A stretch of 64,000 nucleotides of DNA from Candidatus Velthaea sp. (GTDB lineage Bacteria; Vulcanimicrobiota; Vulcanimicrobiia; Vulcanimicrobiales; Vulcanimicrobiaceae), in assembly GCA_965214935.1 (NCBI GenBank), contig CBDCCS010000016.1, positions 128,001-192,000 on the forward strand, written 5' to 3'. Numbering within the stretch: position 1 is the first letter of the stretch; each line of letters starts with the position of its first letter. Shown piece after piece: positions 57,508 to 64,000 of the stretch. The notes beneath the pieces were generated by a model. It worked only from the letters and a program-made list of their open reading frames with translations, did not search any database and was not told where the DNA came from. A program made the translations under genes and the position numbers.

Positions 57508-57644
57508 ACCTCGGCTAAACGCGGCGCAGCAAATGCGTCATGCCGGCAATGCGATCGATGTCCAATTGAAACGAAGGTACGTCGGCGGCATAGGAAATGG
57601 GCGGGGGACTCGCCGCACTTCGATCGGAACAAGAAGCGCTTCCA

Positions 57645-58532
57645 ATGGCTACGACTCTGCTGCCCGAGCCTGCGGTCGCGGACGATACGACTTCGCGCGG
57701 CTTCATCACCGACGTCTGGCGCCGCTTCCGGCGTGCACCGGGAGCGCTCATCGGCGCGGGTGTGGTCGCGCTTATTTTGCTGCTCGCACTTTGCGCGCCG
57801 CTCGTAGCGACCTCCGATCCGCTGGCCCAGAATCTCGCGCTGCAAGGCCAACCGCCGAGCAGCGCGCACTGGTTCGGTACCGATAAACTCGGGCGCGATC
57901 TCTTCGCGCGCGTCATCTACGGTGCACGCATTTCGATTCGGATCGGTTTCGTTGCGGTCGGCTTAGCCATAACCGCCGGTACGCTCATCGGACTTATCGC
58001 CGGCTATGCCGGAGGCCGGCTCGACACGCTGCTCATGGGCGCAATGGACGTGATGCTGGCGTTTCCGTCAATCATATTGGCAATTGCAATTACGACGATT
58101 CTCGGACCGAGCATCACCAATCTCATGATCGCCGTCGGTATCGTCTACGTTCCGCAATACGCCCGGCTCGCGCGTTCTTCGGTGCTCGACGTGCGTGAAA
58201 CCGAATTTGTCGAAGCTGCGCGCGCGATCGGCGCCCAGACGCCGATCATTCTGCTGCGGCATATCTTACCGAACATCTTGACGCCTCTGCTGGTGCAGGC
58301 GACCCTGGGCGTTGCGACGGCCGAACTAGAAGCCGCGGGCTTATCCTATCTTGGCCTGGGAGCGCGGCCGCCGATGCCCGAGTGGGGCGCGATGCTCAAC
58401 GATGCGCGCGATTATTGGGTGAGCGCGCCGTGGGCGTTGATCTTTCCGGGCGCCTCGATCACTTTATTAGTGCTTGGTTTCAATTTACTCGGCGACGGTT
58501 TGCGTGATGCGCTCGATGTGAAAGGCCGCTAA
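57645..58532 (+). CDS. Oligopeptide/dipeptide ABC permease (OppC/DppC)
   Basis: HWFGTDKLGRD, EFVEAARAIGA, RHILPN, PEWGAML, FNLLGDGLRDALD. Confidence 0.93.
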   Translation: MATTLLPEPAVADDTTSRGFITDVWRRFRRAPGALIGAGVVALILLLALCAPLVATSDPLAQNLALQGQPPSSAHWFGTDKLGRDLFARVIYGARISIRIGFVAVGLAITAGTLIGLIAGYAGGRLDTLLMGAMDVMLAFPSIILAIAITTILGPSITNLMIAVGIVYVPQYARLARSSVLDVRETEFVEAARAIGAQTPIILLRHILPNILTPLLVQATLGVATAELEAAGLSYLGLGARPPMPEWGAMLNDARDYWVSAPWALIFPGASITLLVLGFNLLGDGLRDALDVKGR

Positions 58533-59368
58533 TCTCCGCAATCACGCTATCGGTCCTCGCGGCACTGGTCTACGGAGCTGCGGATTTCCTCGGCGGCGTC
58601 GCCAGCCGCCGGACGTCGACGCTCGCCGTCGTCATCTGGTCGCAAGCCGCCGGACTCATCGTCTTGGCAGCAGCGCTTCCGTTTTTACCCGGTGCGCTGC
58701 ACGTTCAAGATTTGGCCTGGGGCGCGCTGTGCGGCGTCATCGGCGCCGCCGCCGTCGGACTGCTTTATCGCGGCTTAGCGATTGGAACGATGGGTGTCGT
58801 CTCTCCGATTACCGCCGTGCTTTCGGCATTGCTGCCGATCGGCTTCGGGCTCGCGCGCCGGCAGTTTCCGACAACGGAAGCGTGGACCGGCATCGGACTA
58901 GCGCTTATTGCCGTCACCGCCATCGCCGCTCAACCGCCGGCAAGCACCGATAGAGCTACGCGCGGCTTAGCCGAAGCACTCGGCGCCGGCATGCTCTTCG
59001 GGCTGTTCTTCATCGTGCTCGCGCAGACGCGCAGCGATGCGGGTTTATTTCCGCTCGTCGGAGCGCGTGCCGCTTCGTTAGTCGTCTTTCTCATGGTCGC
59101 GCTCGTGCTGCGCGCAAATATCGTACCGTCGCACAACGCGCTGGCGGCAACCGCGGCGGGCGGCGTTTTCGATATGCTTGCGAACGTGCTTTACTTGCTC
59201 GCCGCCCATCGCGGAATGCTCGCGATCGTCGCCGTTCTAACCGCCTTATATCCGGCGTCGACGGTTGCGCTTGCCGCCCTTGTCTTGCACGAGCGGCTGC
59301 GCGCCTTGCAATGGGTCGGCGTCGGCGTTGCCCTTGTTGCCGTCGGTCTGTTGACGGCGGGGCGTTAA
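58532..59368 (+). CDS. EamA/DMT family transporter, apparent non-canonical (ATC) start
   Basis: The frame upstream of the track start (58664) encodes ISAITLSVLAALVYGAADFLGGVASRR. GTMGVVSPI, ALYPASTV..A..VLHERL. Confidence 0.85.
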   Translation: MSAITLSVLAALVYGAADFLGGVASRRTSTLAVVIWSQAAGLIVLAAALPFLPGALHVQDLAWGALCGVIGAAAVGLLYRGLAIGTMGVVSPITAVLSALLPIGFGLARRQFPTTEAWTGIGLALIAVTAIAAQPPASTDRATRGLAEALGAGMLFGLFFIVLAQTRSDAGLFPLVGARAASLVVFLMVALVLRANIVPSHNALAATAAGGVFDMLANVLYLLAAHRGMLAIVAVLTALYPASTVALAALVLHERLRALQWVGVGVALVAVGLLTAGR

Positions 59369-59426
59369 CGTTAACACAGATGCACGGCTCGACCGGCGCT
59401 CCGCGCATACCGTGAGGGCCGCGCTA

Positions 59427-60500
59427 TTACAGCGACGCCCAGACGTCGAGCTTTGTTTTCACCTTATTGATAACCGACTCGGTGAACTCCGTCGTCGACG
59501 AATGGCCGCCGAGATCGCTCGTTGCCGTTCCCTCGCGTACGCTTTCGAGTACCGCCTCATAGATCGCGCGCGATGCGTTCGTCGCGCGGCGGTCGTCGAT
59601 ATAGGCGAGCAGCGCCGCTTCGGCCAGAATCATCGCCATCGGATTGGCGACATTTTTGCCGAATAGCCGCGGCGCGGTTCCGTGCGGCGCCTCGGCCATG
59701 ACGACATTCGGACGCAAGTCGGAGCCGAACGACAGCAAGACCGATTCGGCACCGGCGATCGAACCGAACAGTTGCATCACCAAGTCGGAAAGGCAATCGC
59801 CGTCGCGATTGAGCGACGGAATAACCATCGCATCGCCGGCCGACGCGATCAGCAGCGCATAGGTGGCGTCGATGAGTTGCGGCTCGTAGGTCACGTCGGG
59901 ATAGCGCGCCGCGGCGGCATCCATCTCTTCTTTGAGCATGCCCTCGTACACCGGGCTCACCGTGTACTTCGGGCCGCCGAAGACTTTCGACCCGGTTCGG
60001 CGCGCGTGAAAAAAGGCGTACTCGGCAACGTTCCGGCACACCGACCGCTCGATGCGCTCGGTGCGGAACGCAACTTCGTCGTCACCTTCGCCTTCGCGCC
60101 ATTCTTTGGCCCCGTATGCATCGCCGACGGCCATGCGCACGACCGAGATCGGTGCGTGAATCCCGGCCACGGGCCGCACTCCGGGAATGCGCCGGCCGGT
60201 ACGCACGATGACCTCGCCGTCTATTTCTTTGCGGAGGATTGCGTTGGGTGAACCGACATCGTGACGCGTCTCGGGCGTGATCGTCGCCGCTTTCAATCCG
60301 AGCTTCGAGGCTTTCATCGCCGTCGCCGCTTCATGCACGATCCCATTGTTCGTTGCACGGCGGTTTTCGAGCGACAAATCGAAGTGCGTGAGCTCGATAT
60401 CGAACCCGACCACGTCGGGTGCGATAACGCGCAGCGATTCGACCAGCAATTCTTGACCGGTCTGGTCGCCGTCGAGGACGACGATAGCGGGCTTAGCCAC
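59427..60500 (-). CDS. Isocitrate/isopropylmalate family dehydrogenase
   Basis: GDQTGQE, KAATITP, SPNAILR, NRDGDCLSD, EAPHGTAP, ANPMAMI. GTG start at 60500. Confidence 0.88.
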   Translation of the reverse strand: MAKPAIVVLDGDQTGQELLVESLRVIAPDVVGFDIELTHFDLSLENRRATNNGIVHEAATAMKASKLGLKAATITPETRHDVGSPNAILRKEIDGEVIVRTGRRIPGVRPVAGIHAPISVVRMAVGDAYGAKEWREGEGDDEVAFRTERIERSVCRNVAEYAFFHARRTGSKVFGGPKYTVSPVYEGMLKEEMDAAAARYPDVTYEPQLIDATYALLIASAGDAMVIPSLNRDGDCLSDLVMQLFGSIAGAESVLLSFGSDLRPNVVMAEAPHGTAPRLFGKNVANPMAMILAEAALLAYIDDRRATNASRAIYEAVLESVREGTATSDLGGHSSTTEFTESVINKVKTKLDVWASL

Positions 60501-60563
60501 GCGCCGAGGCTTCGCGCGCGTGCTGGCGGAGTCCGGCGTTCGCACGAAGTATTCTTGCGTCCA

Positions 60564-62912
60564 ATGGCACGCGTACGGCGTAAGGCCGCGGCGGCAACAC
60601 AAATGAATTTCGAGCTCGCGGGAATTGCGGCGCTCGGCTTGGCGTTGCTGCTCGGGATCGCAATTCTTCTGCCCGCAACCCGCACGGGGGCGGCGGGCGG
60701 AGCGACCGCACATGCGCTGCGGTGGACGTTCGGCACGGCAGCAGGCTGGTTTCCCTGCCTCGTTGCGCTGATCGGCGCGATCGTGTTTCTCGAAATAAAC
60801 GTCCCTAAAATGATCGCAACGCTCGGGGCGGCTGCGCTCGGCTTCTTCGTCATTATCGACACGGCGCTCGGCCCAAGCGGCGGCGCGCTGGGGCGTACGC
60901 TCGATACCAGCCTCGGCACGCTCGTGGGCGATATCGGTGAAAAGATCGTGCTGCTCTTCGCCGCGTTGACGATCGCAGTCCGGATTACGAACGTGTCGGT
61001 CAAGAAAACGATCGGCTGGGCTATTGCGCGGATCGCCGCCTTACGGCCGGCGCCGCGTTCGCGAGCGCAGCCGGTTGTCGCCGGGCGCAGCTCGGCCGCG
61101 ACTATCGCTCCTCCCGGTCCGCGCAGCCTGCGCGAAGCGTTTCACCTGCCGGCCGTACTCCCGCGCGCCGTCAAGCGAAGTGCCGAAACCACCGCCGCGA
61201 CAACGGCGGCGCCGGCTCCGTTCGCCGTGCCGCCCAAACCGATTTACGACGTGGCTGCCGACGATGAGTATGTTGAAGATCCCGACGCCGAAGATTTTGA
61301 CGAGGAGCTCGAAGACGAGGACGGCGCTGCTGAGGACGGCGCTAACGAAAACAATGAGGCCGCGGACGACGGCATCGACGCTCAAGGCGACGACGGTGCG
61401 TTGCGCGGCGTTTCGCCCGGCGACGTTGAGCGCGAAGCTGACGCTCCGGTGGCGGGCGACTACGAACCGGCCGGCGTCCGCCGTTCGTACCGCCTGCCGG
61501 ATCTTTCGATCTTCGATCCGGCGCAAGCCCAGCACGTCGATCAATCGAATCGCGCGGTCGTCCTGGAAGATACGCTGGCATCGTTCGGCGTCGGCGCGAA
61601 AGTCACGCATATCGAACGTGGACCGTCAATTACACGCTACGAACTCAAACCCGAGCGCGGAGTAAAGATCTCGCGCATTTCGGCACTCACCGACGATCTC
61701 GCGCTTGCGCTGGCGGCGACGTCGGTACGCATCGAAGCGCCGATTCCCGGCAAATCGGCGGTCGGCATCGAGGTGCCGAATGCAACGGTTTCGATCGTGG
61801 CCATTCGCGAGATCCTCGAAGCGCTACCGCAGCGCGGCGTGGTGCCGCCGCTCAACATGGCGCTCGGCAAAGACATTACCGGTCGCGTCGTCTTCGGCGA
61901 TCTGGGGAAGATGCCGCATTTGCTGGTCGCGGGTGCGACGGGTTCGGGTAAATCCGTCTGCCTCAACTGCATCATCGCGACGTTGCTCGCAAACGCCACG
62001 CCCGACCAAGTACAGATGCTCATGATCGATCCCAAGCGGGTCGAACTCACCGTCTATAACGGCATCCCGCATCTGATCAAAGACGTCATCACCGATGCCA
62101 AAATGGCCGCCGGTGCGTTGTTCGAGATGACCAAAGAGATGGATAGCCGCTACGAACGGTTCGCCAAAGCCGGCGTGCGCAAAATCGAAGAATATAATGC
62201 AAAATTTCCCGACGAGCATTTACCGTACGTCGTCATTATTATCGATGAGCTGGCAGACTTGATGCTCATCGCGCCGGCCAAAGTCGAAACGACGATTTGC
62301 CGCCTCGCTCAACTTGCGCGCGCAACCGGCATCCATCTCATCGTCGCAACGCAGCGACCGTCGGTCGACGTCATTACCGGTATCATCAAAGCAAATATCC
62401 CGTCGCGCATCGCTTTTGCGGTGAGCTCGCAAGTCGATTCTCGGACGATTCTGGACATGGGCGGAGCCGAACGGCTCTTGGGCCGCGGCGACATGCTGTA
62501 TCTGCCGATCGATGCCCCCAAACCCGTCCGCTCGCAAGGCGCGCTCGTCACGAGTGCCGAGATCTCGCGACTAGTTGAATTTTGGGCGCGGCAAGGCCGG
62601 CCGGAGAATCTACTCGATGTCGAGGTCGTGCCGATCGAGGCGGACGACGATACGAGACTCAATGCCGATCCGCTTTGTTACGACGCGGCGAAGTTCATCA
62701 TCGAAACAAATTACGCGTCGACGGCGCAGCTACAGTCGCAATTCTCGATCGGTCACCCGCGCGCGGTACGTTTGATGAAGCAACTTGAAGACTTCAAAGT
62801 CGTCGGTTCTCACGAGGGGACGAAGCCGCGCAAGATCTTGCTGGGACTCATGGATTTGGAAATCATCGCGCCGCGATTAGGCAAAAGCGATAAGCAGCCG
62901 GAACTCTTTTGA
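60564..62912 (+). CDS. ftsK: DNA translocase FtsK/SpoIIIE
   Basis: N-terminal TMs, acidic linker, GATGSGKS, IDELADLM, ATQRPS, gamma domain. Confidence 0.95.
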   Translation: MARVRRKAAAATQMNFELAGIAALGLALLLGIAILLPATRTGAAGGATAHALRWTFGTAAGWFPCLVALIGAIVFLEINVPKMIATLGAAALGFFVIIDTALGPSGGALGRTLDTSLGTLVGDIGEKIVLLFAALTIAVRITNVSVKKTIGWAIARIAALRPAPRSRAQPVVAGRSSAATIAPPGPRSLREAFHLPAVLPRAVKRSAETTAATTAAPAPFAVPPKPIYDVAADDEYVEDPDAEDFDEELEDEDGAAEDGANENNEAADDGIDAQGDDGALRGVSPGDVEREADAPVAGDYEPAGVRRSYRLPDLSIFDPAQAQHVDQSNRAVVLEDTLASFGVGAKVTHIERGPSITRYELKPERGVKISRISALTDDLALALAATSVRIEAPIPGKSAVGIEVPNATVSIVAIREILEALPQRGVVPPLNMALGKDITGRVVFGDLGKMPHLLVAGATGSGKSVCLNCIIATLLANATPDQVQMLMIDPKRVELTVYNGIPHLIKDVITDAKMAAGALFEMTKEMDSRYERFAKAGVRKIEEYNAKFPDEHLPYVVIIIDELADLMLIAPAKVETTICRLAQLARATGIHLIVATQRPSVDVITGIIKANIPSRIAFAVSSQVDSRTILDMGGAERLLGRGDMLYLPIDAPKPVRSQGALVTSAEISRLVEFWARQGRPENLLDVEVVPIEADDDTRLNADPLCYDAAKFIIETNYASTAQLQSQFSIGHPRAVRLMKQLEDFKVVGSHEGTKPRKILLGLMDLEIIAPRLGKSDKQPELF

Positions 62913-63547
62913 TCGCGCATTCGCGCACGCGCGCGGCCGCGCTTTCACTGATTTGCGCGATCCTCTACGCGTTGCTCGGTGCAAGCGTTTCGCACTCGGC
63001 GCCGGACGGCGTCGACATCGCGGGACGTGCGGTCGCCGGCGAAGCTCCGGCCGTGGCGTGGGTTTTTACCGCATCATGCCTTTGGCCGACGCTCCTAGCA
63101 TTCGGTATCGCCGGCTGCGTCGTCGCCGCGTTCGTCCCGGCGTGGCGCTTCCGCATCTTCTTCGCCATCGTAACAACGCTTGTGACCTGGCAACTCAGCA
63201 ACGGGCTCAAAGACGTCTTCCTGCGGCCGCGGCCGGCGTATTGGATCGTCCATCACGAGTCGACGTACTCATATTCGAGCGGTCACGCGATGTTCGCCGT
63301 GATCGTCTACGGCTTGTGGGCGTGGTACGTCGCGCGCAGTTCGATGCCGGCACGGCTGCGCGGCATCCTCGCAACGCTTCTGAGCTTATGGGGTGCCGGC
63401 GTCATCTGGTCGCGGCTGGCTCTGGGTGCGCACTACGTTACCGATCTCATCGGCGGCGTGCTGCTCGCGGCTAGCGCTCTAGCCGCCGCCGCAACGATCG
63501 CTTCGATCGCCCCGCAACGTTTTCGCGGTCGAACGATCGGTGCGTGA
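62909..63547 (+). CDS. PAP2 family phosphatase
   Basis: K..FLRPRP, SSGHA, SRLALGAHYVTD. Confidence 0.9.
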   Translation: MIAHSRTRAAALSLICAILYALLGASVSHSAPDGVDIAGRAVAGEAPAVAWVFTASCLWPTLLAFGIAGCVVAAFVPAWRFRIFFAIVTTLVTWQLSNGLKDVFLRPRPAYWIVHHESTYSYSSGHAMFAVIVYGLWAWYVARSSMPARLRGILATLLSLWGAGVIWSRLALGAHYVTDLIGGVLLAASALAAAATIASIAPQRFRGRTIGA

Positions 63548-63802
63548 TGTTACGCACCTGCTCGCTTTTCAGCAGTTCGGCGTGGGTTTTCGTCTAATAA
63601 CCACCGTGTGGACGGAGAAACGCGCATCTTCGCCGGCATTTTGCGTGCGCTTCTGGTAGTTATGTAATGTAATCGTGCGATTCGACGACCGCGGCGCTCA
63701 GACAGACAAGACGGCTGCACCATGCGACCGAGCGCGAGCGAATAGCGTCCGGCGATGGTTCGCGCCTGCGTCCGGTTTGTATTTGGACGCATGACGGCTT
63801 AC

Positions 63803-64000
63803 TTAAATCCGTTGCAAAGCGATCTCGAGTATCTTATCACCCGCTTTGAGACAGATCTTTTTAGCGGCCGAACCGAGGCCGGAGTTGCCAAGCTCGAAGC
63901 GATGATCCCGCTCGTCGAACAATGTGGTGAGGCCTCGCTGCTCGGTCGCGCGTTGTGTCTCAAAGCCCGGCTCTACGTCATTCAAGGCCGGCACGAAGCC
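63803..64000 (-). CDS. Hypothetical protein, C-terminal part (truncated at window edge)
   Basis: Frame is open to the window end. No recognisable motif. Confidence 0.35.
   Translation of the reverse strand, partial: GFVPALNDVEPGFETQRATEQRGLTTLFDERDHRFELGNSGLGSAAKKICLKAGDKILEIALQRI

Noticed and set aside
60261..60713. Apparent long head-to-head overlap of ftsK and the icd-like ORF
   Set aside because: Artefact of longest-ORF starts. The likely starts at 60564 and 60500 leave a 63-bp divergent promoter.
63550..63792. 80-aa - strand ORF
   Set aside because: Arg-rich with no motifs. Cannot be supported as coding.
1..64000. CRISPR arrays, tRNA/rRNA genes, transposases, integrases
   Set aside because: No spaced direct repeats, cloverleaf motifs or recombinase/transposase motifs were seen on manual reading.

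Overview
A 64-kb, GC-rich, mostly core-genome bacterial segment. The gene styles (alpha2-type GlyRS, futalosine pathway, LCP protein together with a TonB-dependent-type beta-barrel) suggest a diderm Terrabacteria lineage such as Eremiobacterota/Vulcanimicrobiota. This assignment is inference only. Contents in order: a sugar ABC transporter; an argF-argR-argG-argH-argC-argJ-argD operon with tandem ARG boxes but no argB; catalase; AKR; glyS; an SIS protein plus APC permease; a TPP enzyme; rlmN-GT2-FNT; an accessory and partly decayed region at about 23.7-31.4 kb; udg-ybjQ-GT2-prfB (programmed +1 frameshift); a GGDEF gene followed by a decayed GGDEF remnant; secA; rodZ-yajQ-rimO-LCP-deacetylase; mnmA; mqnE-mqnA-mqnC; a TBDR-lipoprotein pair; an orphan oppC; EamA; an icd-like gene; ftsK; PAP2. 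The accessory region holds a Gfo/Idh/MocA remnant, TetR/SDR with three operators, an MNT-degenerate HEPN-membrane protein operon, a secreted lyase-like protein and a frameshifted Uma2 gene absent from the ORF track. The most notable signals are: (1) coupled genes that appear to start at non-canonical ATA/ATC codons in stop/start overlaps, alongside many apparently leaderless operon-first genes; (2) the three-gene MNT-HEPN-TM module; (3) the TBDR/lipoprotein pair; (4) HIP1-like CGATCG/GCGATCGC abundance. No tRNA, rRNA, CRISPR array or transposase was recognised.
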